A stretch of DNA of 64,000 nucleotides from Callorhinchus milii (Eukaryota). The notes beneath the pieces are model-generated. The model had not been told where the DNA came from. It searched no databases and saw only the letters and a program-made list of their open reading frames with translations. Every line of letters begins with the position of its first letter. Positions within the stretch are counted from its first letter, which is position 1. Of this stretch, positions 23,025-36,600 are shown in pieces. A program made the position numbers and the translations under genes. The DNA is taken from contig NW_024704743.1 in NCBI RefSeq assembly GCF_018977255.1, positions 28,832,001-28,896,000 of the forward strand, written 5' to 3'.

Positions 23025-23435
23025 GTGATTTTGATTGTGCTTATAGTCACCTCCCCCCTCCCCCTCCTGGCTCAGGGTCAGACTCCATCACTGTCAAGCG
23101 CTCTGGGGCGCTATCCCACGTGAACACAGTTACATAAATGCAAGTCGTTGTTGTTTTAAGCAAGGACTTATAAATGGTGAATGATGCAGAGCATTGAAAG
23201 CCTCAAACCCCAAAGTTGCAGCTCTACAACTATGATGGTCCAGGTTCTGAGTTCCTGATTTCAGTCAACTGCTACAGAGCGTACACCAGGTAAAGGTTGA
23301 CTCGACACTCACATCTGGAATTCAGCAATCTGTGTATGTCTAAATGTCTGCTCCAGTACATGCCGTTGATTGGGTTGCGTTTTACAGCAACTAACTAACT
23401 ATCAGATTGAAACGTCTGTCTGACATGAAATATAA

Positions 23436-23723
23436 TAAAATAATCCTTGCATTTGATATAGCGCTTTTCACGTCTTCTAGACGTCTCAAAGCGCTTCACA
23501 GAATAAACTGTAAAGTGAATTGACTATACATTTGTGGGTGAAACGCGGCAGCCAATTGCGCACAGCAATGTCCCACAAACAGTCGTGGATTGAAGTGACT
23601 AATTTATTATTGTTTTTTTTCTTGAGCGATTATTATCAGGCATATAGAGTAAGGAAACTTGGTTATGGTTTTACCCTGCAGGGAATCAAACCCAAGTCTC
23701 TCGCTTGCAGTTACAGGATTCCA
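23436..23723 (-). mobile_element. tRNA-derived SINE, intermediate variant
   Basis: Family tail and Deu core; head partly deleted. Confidence 0.8.
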
Positions 23724-26068
23724 CAAGTCCTGAAAGGTACTATATCAAATATGAAAATGGTGACAATATGTGGTCTACCTTTCATCTATTCTCTGGTGCT
23801 TGAAGACATATTCAGAATTTTGGATTAATGTTTCACTTTAAGATCTTATTTTCAAAAATGTGTGACCAGAAACAGTAGATCGCATATTGCCATCATTATA
23901 TTATAAATATATTATTATTTATAATAATGATATATTATTGGTATATCAGTATGCATCATGTTGGATGTTCCAAAGCTCTTCACAGGATTTACTATATGTT
24001 TGTGGAACATTGCTGTGTGCAATTAGGCTGCTGCATTCGCTTACACAGCCATTCCACTTTACAGTAAATCCTGTGAAGTGCTTTGGGACATCCTCCCAAC
24101 ATGAAAGGCGCTATACCAATAATATAGCACCTTTTATGTTGGGAAGATATAATATAATATCATAACAGACTTATTAATTGTAATAAGTCAACTTATTATG
24201 TGGAAAACAGGTTTCAAAGCGGAGGTGGTATAACCAAGGGAGAAAAGGATATTACGGTTGCCTATGAACACAACAATTATAATAATAATAGTAATACTAT
24301 CTTCCAAATAAAATTGGCCATTCATTTCATGGCTGTTTGTGGAACATTGCTGTGGCCAGTTGGCTGCTGCATTCGCTTACATTCCAATTCACAGTAAATC
24401 CAGTGAAGTGCTTTGGGACATCCAACACGAAAGTCTCTATACCAAATGTGACTGTTATTATTATAATTTAGAGAAGACCAAACTGTGCTGCCAACAGTGG
24501 GGTCTGTTTAGATTGATCCAATAGGATAATATATATAGCCCAGTTCTTTTGTATCATATACATTGTGGCATTTAATTAGGGATGGTGTTTGCTCCATTAT
24601 ACTACAGGTACCTAGTGGCAATAAGACCCTATGCAGCAGATTATTGACCGAGAAGTAATATTGGAAAAAAGTAAAAATCGAATAGATCTATCCACAGTAT
24701 TCCTAAAACTGAAAAATTCCAATTGTTTTACATGATTTGTCTCCCTGTTCTGGTGATTCAGGTGGACATTAAACATCCACTATTTTAAAAGAGCAGAGAA
24801 TTCTCCCAGACTAATATTCTACCTTATCCAAACCCCAGATAAATTGGATCATCATGTCACTGCTGTTTGCAGTATGTTATGGTCACAACTTATCCGTGTT
24901 TGTCAACATAAGTCATTTTCAGAAATTACTCATTGTGTGAAATGCTTAGAGACATTTTCAGATGATAAGGTACAATTATACCACATAATGTATTTGTTCA
25001 GTATGTCATGGATGTCAAGGGATCTGTGAATTTAATTACATTTAATTAGTATTGCTTGTCTGGGGGCGGGAACATATCTTTTCAAATATAAGAGTACATC
25101 AGTGCTATCTTCCCCTATTGAAAACAAGCATAGAAGTAACATTCTGATTGTGGCTAAATGGAGTCCGAATAATCAATCATCTCAATAGAAAAACATGTAG
25201 AACTAGATTTAAAAAATGGAATAGTTACTAAATGGCAGAATTTGGGTTTGATGCGCATACACTAAAACATGTTTACACTAAGAACAGTGGAAAATCATGA
25301 AAAAGGTCAGTAAACAGACTGAGGAATTTGGACCACATTAGAGGGTTGACCTCACTCATGAGTCTGTATTATTGCACTATAATGACACAATGTTGAAATG
25401 AAAAAAGCTACAAAAAAAAACTGACAAGCCACCCATATTAGTGGGATGAGTTTCCACTGTCCCTTATTTATAGAGAAATTTGATTAAACTTTATTTGAGA
25501 CTACATTTATAATGGGAGAACAAGAGAAAGTGTAAAACAAAAGAGGCACAAACAGAGGTTCCTGCCAGAAACCGGAAGTGTATCGTGTCGACATGGAAAT
25601 TCCACCTGGGTCCAGATTTACTCTATTTCTATAATAATTCAGTGTCCAGAATTTGGTGAATCGCTCCTTAAATTTGAAGCCACTTTTCTAGAAGTTTTTC
25701 TTTAAGAATGAGAGAAAATAGCTTCAAAGTTGCATCTGAATTCAGCAATTGAATATTTCTAAATTCTGGATTCTCTGAAATGCTACATAAATAGAATAAA
25801 TCCTGAACTTTCTAAGAACTTTCACATAAGCTCCCTCTTCCCATCCAGAATGTTTCTTTTAAAGATGGTGTGAGCTTTTAAGATAATTTACAGTAAAATG
25901 TATTCAGAGCAAAATTTACATGGAGTAAAATTGAAAAGGGAATGTAAATTCTTTGCTGTTAATTTTTACCTTTTGTAAATTATCCTTAGCAGTCAATTAT
26001 AGACTAAATTGCTACCTAAGTGAAATTACAGGGTACTGAGATATTCAAATGTCACAATTACAAATGTG

Positions 26069-26380
26069 ATTCTTATGCCTTCCCACCTCCACATGGAAAT
26101 TCCAGAGAAAGATTACTGAAATGGAATGCACACTCTCTCCCTGGAGTGATGCCTCCTGCTTACCTAATTCCAGAAAGTATTAGGCGTAGGTTGGCAAGAG
26201 CCAAGGCTTGGGGACCCCAGAATGTGCGTTGGGGTACTGCTGGAGCCTAACCAGCTAAAACCTCATAGCTTGCCATTGATAGCATCGTGTAGTAACTTCC
26301 CACCGTCTGTCCAGCTAGGACCACTCTACCCATTAGGGCTTTGACTTGCAGAGTGAACAGGAGCTGAGTGCGAGGATTTC
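26069..26380 (+). mobile_element. Third, uninterrupted partial copy of the foldback/MITE-like family
   Basis: cacatggaaattccagag...gaaagtattaggcgtaggttggcaagagccaaggcttggggacccc...ccagctaggaccactctaccc aligns with the 13-14 kb copy. Confidence 0.7.
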
Positions 26381-27526
26381 CCTGCCCCCAGTTACTGGAA
26401 ATTTCAAGCCTCGGAAACCTCGAGCCTCGAAAACAGTTACATATATTTTTAACCACCTAATATGAAATTTATAGATGCGATTTAATTAAATTTTGTATTC
26501 CTTTGATTTTTATCTTCCTTTTAAAAAAGAAAGGAAACAGGATCATCTGGGAGAGGTGGGAAAGGTAAATTGAAGGAGTGAACACTTTCTGTATCATCCA
26601 ATTGCACTTTCTGACGGGATACCAAAGATACAAACTCAATGGCATCCATTAAGATGCTTGTGAGCTGGACCACAACATGTATCACCCCAATCAAGCAGGA
26701 AGACAGGAAGGATCTAAATTTCGAGTTACAGTAGCAAAACCTAGAAGTGTGAGTGATGCGCACACAAAAAAAATTGCTTGAGGGAGTCCCAGAAATTATT
26801 CAAATTTCAAAAAAAAATTATTACGACAACCATGCAAACTGAACTGTAAGCTAATCCATAAAGTGCAAATACTTTTTAAGCACTTTGACCTCAAAACATT
26901 CATTGGTTTTCAGAATTTGCATGCTTTTTCACACAGGCAATCTGCATGAGTACTTTGTGTTTAGTTAGTTTTGGAATGGTGCGATGCTGTTGAGGGGAAT
27001 GAAGTCAGTAACCACCTACACTCAAATTGAAAGCTCCCATTTAATACTGAATGTTTGCAGTATTATGGTTCCAGAGTCCGATACCCAAGTTTTAAGATCA
27101 ACCTAAAAAATGAGAAAGAAACTTACTGATCCAGCTCCATTGGAAGTAGTTAGTTAAATCATTCCAGCCTCAACTGCGGTTGTTGGGAATCGGTCATATC
27201 CTCGATCACAACCACACAAATGTGGTTTCTTCTCAGTTATTTGAATTAACATTGACCAAAAAGCCAAGTTGGCATGCTTGACGTCTGACTACAATTGTAG
27301 TATTTATTCACTGGCAGCCTTGGTGAATTAAAAACACTTCTGAGTAAACCTGAGCTGTCTGCAACTACAAACGGCACAAACTTCCGCTATCCAGGAAGTC
27401 ACGAGGGACAAAACAAGCTTCAGAATTAGAGCTTATTTCTGCGGCAATGAAGATTTTAAAGCGACTTGAAATCTCTAAAGAACCCCCAAACCTCAAATAC
27501 AAGTCCAGCTAGGACCGTGGAGCTCG

Positions 27527-27853
27527 TGGAGTCCTGTAGCTCAGTGGTTAGAGCACTTGCTTTGCAAGCAAGACACCTGGGTTCATTTCCAGGCAGGGCG
27601 AAACCTTGGGCAAGTTTCCTTACTCCACACGCCTAATAATAATCCCTCCAAAAACCCAAAACAATAATAAATTGGTCATTTTCAATCTACGACTGTTTGT
27701 GGGACATTGCTGTGCGCAATTGGCTGCCGCGTTCGCCCACAAATATACAGTCAATTCACTTTACAGTATATTCTGTGAAGCGCTTTGGGACGTCCTCCCG
27801 ACGTGAAAAGCGCTATATCAAATGCAAGGATTATTATTATTATTATTATTATT
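27527..27853 (+). mobile_element. tRNA-derived SINE, young short subfamily
   Basis: Full length, long (ATT)n tail. Confidence 0.93.
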
Positions 27854-28075
27854 AAGTCACGTTTCCCCTTCAGCTGAAAGTGTATAAGAATCTCTTTTCT
27901 TACCGTTTAGGAGCAATGCATTAAGATGCGAGTTATACAGCAGACTTTAGAGTAAGTCCATCAATATGAACATTTCATATTGTCACCTAACTTTCCTCAA
28001 TGGTGCCCACAGATTCTGGCACAGGCTTTACAAATGAGTCAACAACAGCTTTCCTGAATAAAACTAGATGCTTAC

Positions 28076-28193
28076 CTGTAAGATCAGTGGGTCCAGTTCC
28101 CAGGTTTTCCCCTCGGATTGTTACTTTTGTCCATGTAAATCCTTCATTAGGAGAAATCCCAGTTACCAGGGGTGGTTGTCGTGGTCGAGCCAT
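28076..28193 (-). CDS. EXOC2: EXOC2/Sec5 first coding exon (exon 2 by human numbering), start of IPT/TIG Ral-binding domain
   Basis: Translates [39 protein letters not shown](G), matching the vertebrate EXOC2 N-terminus; Kozak-like GCCATGG; donor AG|GTAAG at 28075. Upstream acceptor is either ttttcag (exon from 28220) or tttgcag (from 28255). Confidence 0.97.
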
Positions 28194-28380
28194 GGCCAGC
28201 CTTCAATTGCTGGATCGATTCTGAAAATAGCATCCAAGGTACAATAGACAAAAATCTGCAAAAAAATATACAGAAAAAGAACAAGCAATTAATTAAAATT
28301 AAGTCCTTCCTTTGGTGAGGGAATAGTCAAGCATATAAACACTTTCACTTGAAATAAATTTGACAGAGTTCCACACATAT

Positions 28381-28660
28381 AATAGTAATAATCCTTGCAT
28401 TTGATATAGCGCCTTATCACATCATTCCGATGTCTTCTTGGGACATCCTCCTGATGTGAAAGGCTTTATACAAATGTAAATTGCTGTTGTTGTCTCAAAG
28501 CGCTTCACAGAATATACTGTAAAGTGGATTGACTGTGTATTTTGTGGGTGAAATGTAGCAGCCAAATGCGCACAGCAGTGTCCCACAAACAATTGTGGAA
28601 TAAGTGACCACATTTTTCTTGAGGGATTACCCCCGGAAAGCGATCCACCAATCGTTAGAT
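28381..28660 (-). mobile_element. SINE 3' portion (long subfamily) with a small oppositely oriented L2-type tail insert
   Basis: Family tail and Deu core; 28437-28493 is a + strand tail ending in ttgttg. Confidence 0.7.
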
Positions 28661-31437
28661 TGTATTTGTAACGCATATCCATCAATATGCGTTACAAATA
28701 CCAGTAACTGGAACCAAAGTTCAATGTATCAATTAAAAGATTCCGTCAATATTTTACAAAGTATGTACAATCATATTAGTCCTGTGGTTTAAGAATAAAA
28801 TTGTGTTCAAATAGTCAGTAAAATAATGATGCAAATGTTTTTACTTTACTTGAATAAATGCAATTTTTACCCAACTTGAAAAAGCAAGTTTATTTATATT
28901 GCATTGCATTTACTCCACTTCCATAACAGGATGCCTGTGTTCACATATATTATAAATACAGAAAACAACATAGAATACTTAAGTCATGCATACAAATAGT
29001 TCTCCAAAATGTCTACAATACATACTATTGCACCATAAAGAGCAGACTATTTACCCGGAACCTTTTAAAAATCTATTCAACCTTAAGCAGAAAAAAATAA
29101 GATAATAATAATCCTTCCGTTTGATATAGTGCCTCATATTAGGAGGTGTTCTCGAAGAACATCACAGGAGTCACTTTAAAGTGCAGTGATGGTGTATTTT
29201 TGTAGATGAACCTTTAGTAAATGAGTCAAACATTAGAAAACCTTCACAGCTTCAATCTTACAATATTCTGCCCCCCCCCACCCCCAACCCCCCAGTTTAG
29301 TTGTGCTTTGTTTTCCAACATTTACCTGTACTTGTCATTCACGGGTTGTTTTACATACTGATCTTAGAAAAAATACAGTTTGACATAGACAGGAAGAAAA
29401 TATTCTGAAGATTTTGATTACTTATGATACACACAAAGTTAGAAATAATAATAAGATAATGCTTTTTATTTTGAAAGTTTTTATTGCAACAACAACAGGA
29501 CCAACTGGTTCTATCAAGTGAATAAAAACAAATCTGTAAAATTTGTTCTTACTATACAGGAATCAAAAGCAATAAAGGAAAGCAGCACAAATGACGGTTG
29601 AACAAATGAATTGTGCATTTGTGTACTTCTGACAACAATTGCAAATAAAACTGTGTGGAGTAAAGTGAAAAATACAATATTTAATTTCAACTTGGATCAT
29701 TACACTTCAGATTCACTTCTGACCCCTGGTGAGTCTATGTGTAACTTTGGAATTGATCTACGAGCTGCGAGGGCGATTAGCACAAGTAAAGTATTTCAGA
29801 CTGTTCAGCAGCTGTGATGGACTGGCCACTGCTTATGGAACCAGCACACCAGAAATGTTGGGCAGAGTTCCTGCGTCCAAGCAAATTAAAGTAAACAGAC
29901 TAGGTCTTTCTCATCCACCCTGTTAGCAGCCTCTCAGCCATCCTGGAGACCACACACCCAGACCACACATCGCCAGCTGAACTCACTCGCACGCAAAGTC
30001 TCGAAGCTGTCAGTTTACTGGAGCACCAGTATGTATGTATGTGTATGTATGTATATGGGGGGTAATTACAGACAGAGGCACTAGGTTTCTAACATTAAAC
30101 TGGGTGGGGAAACATACTTGCTTAGCCTTTCACCATCCAGTCTCCCCCCCCCCCCGTCTGCTAACTAAATGACTGATGAATGGTGATTCCAGCACTTACA
30201 TCTCCTCCACATCACAAATTACGTGTAACACAAGCCGTGTGTAAAAAAAGATCTTGCTGAACAGCCAGAATTAACAGTACAGCTCTCTGAGGATTACACA
30301 CCCCACACCCAGTTACGCATTTACATTTTGCTCAGAGAGCAGCCACACGTTAAGTCAGAAAAGACATTCTCCAGTTTCTGAAGAGTTTCCTTTGATTTTG
30401 TAATACTGTACTGAATATTGCAAACACTTCAATTGCAAAATAATTTATCTAAAAGTTTATGATGGAAAAAAAATGAAAACTTGAAACTGGTAATGCTTTA
30501 AAAAGTTGTATTACACAAATTATTATTAATAATACAATACCAAATTATTATTAAGAATAATTATCGCATTTGATATAGCACCTTTCACGTGAGAAGGATG
30601 TCTTAAAGCACTTCACAAGATTTTACTGTAAAGTGTAGCGACTGTGTTTTGAAGGAGAAATGAAGTTCCTTGGAAATGACTATTTTCACTGAAAAAAATA
30701 TCATTGACCAGTCATATCCAGGGGGGAAACAAAAGAATGGTCAAACTGTGCTTATTAACAGATTATAAAATTCAACAAAATTTCATAAAATGCATGTGTT
30801 AATTCAACTCACTCGTTAATTCAACGCTGTTAAGTTTTTTTACGACTTAACTTTGAATTATTAAATTATTAAATCCAGGTATTAATTATTTTAGTTTTAA
30901 AATTAAGAAACACATTAAGTAACAATGCATTGTACATCAATTATATGGTAGGCATAATCATCACAATCGGTCAACGTTTTGTTCACAAAATATGCAAGTC
31001 AATTCACTTTACAGTATATTCTGTGACACCTTTGAGAGGTCTCGAAGACCTGATAAGGCACTATATCAAATGCAAGGATCACTATTATAACATTTAGAAC
31101 TATTTAAATTCCCAGTTCCATATACCCAGTCCTATAGAAAAGGTGAGCATCAACTTGCTTGGCTCAGTGTTACTTTGCTATGCCTGCCATGACTGCAGGA
31201 GTGAAATCCAACTCGCTCGGGTCCCAACTCCGCGGAGGCCGACATCAGACGACATTCACCATGTAGAAGAGCCTCTCCGCAAAAATGAAACATATAAGAA
31301 TAAAATGTCTGTATCGGGTTACAGAAAACAGAATGTTGTGTTTTGTTGTTTTTTTTGTTGTACCAAATATATTTCCAAATAAATGTATGTATTTAAAAAA
31401 CAGAGCGACAAGAGTCACCTTCACTTCGACATTTTTT

Positions 31438-31548
31438 CCCTCTCTCTCACCCCTCTCTTACTCTGGTTTCTCTCTCTCTCGCCTGTTCTGGTTTCTCTCT
31501 CTCTCTTGACTTCTCCCTCTCACTCAGACTTTTTCCTCTCTCTCTCTC
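31438..31548 (+). repeat. CT-rich low-complexity tract
   Basis: Repeated (CT)n blocks. Confidence 0.7.
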
Positions 31549-32391
31549 GAACTCCCTCATGTGAAAATCTTCGTATCAAACCTATATCCTACAGCTCCAA
31601 GGTGCAGTATACCAGCTAGTGAACAAAAAAGTTTTTTTTCTTTTGATGAGTTATGCTGTTGACGCACAAGTTTAACGCATTTAAATGTTCAAACTTTTCA
31701 GCAAGAATGCAATCAGTTCCCAATATAATTGACTGACACGAAAGTTGTTCTTTCTAAGTTGAGCTACGGTTGAGCTATATATTGTTCTTGTTTACATTTA
31801 ACTAGTATGATGACATTTCATTGTTTTTTTGTACAAAATTAATATTGTCAATCTTTTGTATAAAATTAGTAAAAGTAATTCAAATTCCCTCCTTTTCTAA
31901 GGTCGGTGAACAACAAATGTGTACTTTAGGTAATAAGGCAAATAATAGTCAATTCACTGGCCTAAGTTATAGCATTCCAATATAGGAGGAAGACACAGAA
32001 AAATTATATTAAAAAGTTCAAAGTGATTGTTATAAACAAACTGATGAGTGGTAGGAAATTCATCAAAAGAAGTATTCTTTTTTATAGCACTGCTTGATTT
32101 ATTTATAACATTGACTGCTTTACACAGATGAAAAGATTTAAGCCAGATTTTGAAGGCGGGAAGAGAGAGCTGAGGCAAAGGGACTCTGGGTTGGAGTTCC
32201 AGAGAGCAGGACTGAATAGCTAATAGCTCAGCCATCAATGGATCTTCACTTGGCCACACCGTCTCTCTATCCCCCAACAAATCAAATTCAAGATCCTTGC
32301 CCCCACTTTCAAATCTCTCCACGGCCTCACTCACCCTCTGAAACCCTCTCAAATGCTCCAGCTGCTCTCTGGGCTGAGCTGAAAGACCAGC

Positions 32392-33120
32392 TGGGGTGTT
32401 AGGGTTACAGAGGTGGGGTGTTAGGGTTACAGAGGTGGGGTGTTAGGGTTACAGAGGTGGGGTGTTAGGGTTACAGAGGTGGGGTGTTAGGGTTACAGAG
32501 GTGGGTGTTAGGGTTACAGAGGTGGGGTGTTAGGGTTACAGAGGTGGGGTGTTAGGGTTACAGAGGTGGAGTGTTAGGGTTACAGAGGTGGGGTGTTAGG
32601 GTTACAGAGGTGGGGTGTTAGGGTTACAGAGGTGGGGTGTTAGGGTTACAGAGGTGGGGGTTAGGGTTACAGAGGTGGGGTGTTAGGGTTACAGAGGTGG
32701 GGTGTTAGGGTTACAGAGGGGGGGGGGTTACAGAGGGGGGGGGGTTACAGAGGGGGGGTGTTAGGGTTACAGGGGGGGGGGGTTAGGGTTACAGAGGTGG
32801 GGTGTTAGGGTTACAGAGGTGGGGTGTTAGGGTTACAGAGGGGGGGTGTTAGGGTTACAGAGGGGGGGGGGTTACAGAGGGGGGGGGGTTACAGAGGGGG
32901 GGTGTTAGGGTTACAGGGGTGGGGTGTTAGGGTTACAGAGGTGGGGTGTTAGGGTTACAGAGGTGGGGTGTTAGGGTTACAGAGGTGGGGTGTTAGGGTT
33001 ACAGAGGTGGGGTGTTAGGGTTACAGAGGTGGGGTGTTAGGGTTACAGAGGTGGGGTGTTAGGGTTACAGAGGTGGGGTGTTAGGGTTACAGAGGTGGGG
33101 TGTTAGGGTTACAGAGGTAG
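32392..33120 (+). repeat. G-rich minisatellite, 22-bp unit GTTAGGGTTACAGAGGTGGGGT, about 33 copies
   Basis: Direct tandem repeats with variant poly-G units in the middle. Confidence 0.97.
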
Positions 33121-33660
33121 GGTGAGGCCGTGGAGAGATTTGAAAGTGAGGGCAAGGATCTTGAATTTGATTTGTTGGGAAGCCAAGTGAAGATAATAAT
33201 AATAATAATAATAATCCTTGCATTTGATATAGCGCTTTTCACGTCGGGAGGACGTCCCAAAGCGCTTCACAGAACACACTGTTAAGTGAATTGACTGTAT
33301 ATTTGTGGGCGAACGCGGCAGCCAATTGCGCACAGCAATGTCCCACAAACAGTCGTAGATTGAAAATGACCAATTTATTATTGTTTTGTTTTGTGGAGGG
33401 ATTATTATTAGGTGTGTGGAGTAGGGAAACTTGCCCAAGGTTTCGCCCTCTGCCTGGAATTGAACTCAGGTCTCTCACTTGCAAAGCGAGTGCTCTAACC
33501 ACTGAGCTCCAGGACTCCTGTATGGGGTATGGGCTTGCGGAGCCTGCTGCAGGAGAAGGTTTGGGTTGCAGAGTTCTGGATTGTCTGCAGCTTGTGTAAG
33601 GAGATGCTGGGGAGTCCGGCAAGGAAGGCATTGGAATAACCGAGCTGGGATGTGATGAAA
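33105..33660 (-). mobile_element. L2-clade LINE fragment split by a SINE
   Basis: Encodes QQIKFKILALTFKSLHGL on one side of the SINE and a LHKLQTIQNSA-like segment on the other. Confidence 0.75.
33193..33518 (-). mobile_element. tRNA-derived SINE, young short subfamily
   Basis: Full length. Confidence 0.93.
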
Positions 33661-36600
33661 AACAAGGTTGATTAAAGGAACTCTCTAGCCCCCACATGCA
33701 CGCTTAATTGCAATCATCTTTCAAGAAAAGCAAGAGGTTTCAAGTGCGTGTCTGCTAACACTTGCTCAAAGGAAGATTCAGTCATTTGTCGATCAGTCCT
33801 CCAGAGGGCAGTCAAACTCAACAGAATGCTTTTGCAATAGAAGTTACATTAATATAGCTCTTTTCACATCGGGAGGATGTCTCAAAGAACTTGACGCTGC
33901 GGGCTGGGCACTTGAGCTGGGGGCCTAAGGCGATGGGGAGAGAATAGATTACCAAAAACGCAGTCAAAGAGGTCTTGAGATGTACAGGTTAATCATATTT
34001 AATAAAAGTACACTACCATTTTACATGTACATTTGGACCTTAAATACACTGAGGGATAAGCCACATTTTCCATATTGGGGGCTTGTACTATGTGAATTAA
34101 GTACAAAATGTGGTGCAGTGTTTTGACAGTACGGGTCCTCAACACCTGCTGCTTCAGGTTTGAAATAGACTCAGATTGGGGATGGGGGCAGAAGAGCTTT
34201 TGTGCATATCACATACGTTCAAAAATGTTTGACAGGTATTCTTGCAATCTAACATTCTTCCTCACTTATAAGGAGTGTCTTGAAAACTGAGCAGACGCTA
34301 ATGCCTCCAGGCAACTTCACTCAGCTTGTGGCTAATGAATGCTGTACTTTAGGTAGAGCGGGGATTGACGTCAATAACGCTATCAAATGTAGTTTACCTG
34401 TAAAGGTAATACTTTCCAGACCACAATAGCACAAAAATGCTGCAATACTCCGTTTGGAGTAACCACAACAAATTGCATTTATACATCATAAGTAATGCAC
34501 CATTAACTGTAGACTTAGGTCATGCACTCAATCTGAACTATTGGAGGGAAAAACAACAACAACAAATTACACCTGTATGGCTCTCTTCACATCAGAAAGA
34601 TGTCCCAGGGCACTGGACAGTCAAGGTTTTTTGGACCTGAGCTGGGAGTCAGGTGTGGAGGGCAGTGGGTGGGGGTAAAACCATGTAATTGGGTTAGTGC
34701 AACATTGCTTTGGACAATACTTTCTTATGATTATAGTGTAGGATTTAGACTTCAGTTCATTGAAGGGGATATTTTGTGTACTGTTATGAAGTCCTCAATC
34801 TTCATGAACCTTTTGTAAAAATTATGCTTGGATAATTGTGCAGTTAATTCCTTATTCCAGTCTCCCGTCTTAATCCAACCTCTGTGTAGAATCTATATAA
34901 AAGGATATAGGGGAAACGTACATTTATACAGTGCCTTTTGTGATAAGGCACTATGTCAAACACAAGGATTATTACTATCTGTCCCTTTCAGTGTCCACAG
35001 CAGTGACCACAATGAAAGGTTCAGGAATTACATCTGTCAATTCAAAATTGTATGTTAACACAATCCATTATGCTTCAAGTACTTTGAGATGTCCTCCCAA
35101 CCCGATCATCAAAATGTTTCAAAGCTGTACTGTAGAGTGTAGTGGTCATGTATTTTGTAGGCACACTCGGCAGCCAGTTTGTGCACAGCAATGTCTCACA
35201 AACAGCCTTCTGATTCAGAGGCGAGAGTTCAACCAACTAAGCAGACTGCTACCTGACAGACGCAAACCTAGTCTGCTCAGCCTCACCTACTTCCAAGTGA
35301 CCACTGTATCACAGTACCACTCTGCCTTTGACAGGAGGAACATTATTAACATGCCAAATAGTGAAAACATTTTTTTATCACAGAGATGTAATTGTGTTAT
35401 TCAACTCCCTACAACCCAAGGATTACTTGTATCGTATATCACTGCAGAAACGTAGCATAAAAATACCTGTACTTGATGAATTTGGCTTCATTTCCAAACC
35501 CAATTGATTAAAATATGACCCAATAATTTAAAGAGAATGGTTTGTTATTCCGTTAAATAATATTAATTACCAAAAGCACAGAGGGAGAGAGGTGAAGATT
35601 ATTAAAAAAAGATTTTCGCCCGCAAAATACAGTCACTACACTGTACTGTATATTCTGTGAAGCGTTTCGAGACGTCTCAACAATATAAGGCGCTATATCA
35701 AATACAAGGAATGTTATTATTATTGTTAAAATGTGGAATATTCTACCCAAAAAAACTTGTATTTGGTATAGCGCCTTCCACATCAGGAAGACGTGCCAAA
35801 GTGCTTCACAGGATTTACTGTAAAGTGTTGTGACTGTGTGTATTTTGTGGATAAACAATGCAGCCAAATTACACACAGCAATGTCCCACAAATAGCCAGG
35901 GAGTGTTTGAAACAGAATCCATAATTGCTTTTAATGGGGAATTAGGCAAACCTCCAAAAAGGGAAAATATAAAAGGGTACAGGGAAAAGGCAGGGAGGTG
36001 GAATTCAAAAGATGGCTCTTGCTGATCCATAGCCAGAATGGGTCGAATATACACCTTCTGTGTTGAAAAATTCTATGATTAAATATTTCACTTGTTAAAA
36101 AGCAAGTTTCAAATTTGTACTGCACTGTAATACACTTTACATACATTCTAAGTGCTGTGGGATGTGAAGGGGAAAAAACACACAATTCTTCTCCTCAAAA
36201 CTATTACGTCTAGTTTACAAACGTGCAAAGTTTGCTTTTCCCTCTCTTCCCTCCCATCTCCACAGACACAGTCTGTGCTACCATGGACCACATAAGACTG
36301 CAATCGGCTCGTCCGCATCAATATACTGTATGATTAGTTGGATTTTTCAGAGTATGAAACAACATTTTATTGCACTGATAAATCTCTTTACTCTGGGGGT
36401 GTTGACAGTGGCAGCAGCTCCTACCTCCATGTGGGAACGTTACTGACTGCATGCCGCCTGGAGGCAGGGGCCACTTCAGTTCAACTTGTAAAGATCAACA
36501 AGTCCAGAAGTCTTAACTGTGCTGCTGACATTCTTTTCCTGACTTACACGAGTCATAGATCACATTCTCACTGCTCGGCAGAGACCAGAACCTGAGCACT

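Noticed and set aside
31190..31280. CpG-rich patch as EXOC2 exon 1
   Set aside because: Short, no promoter motif cluster and only weak donors; cannot be supported.
32392..33120. CRISPR array or true interstitial telomere
   Set aside because: Units abut with no unique spacers, there are no cas genes, and TTAGGG occurs once per 22-bp unit rather than in tandem.
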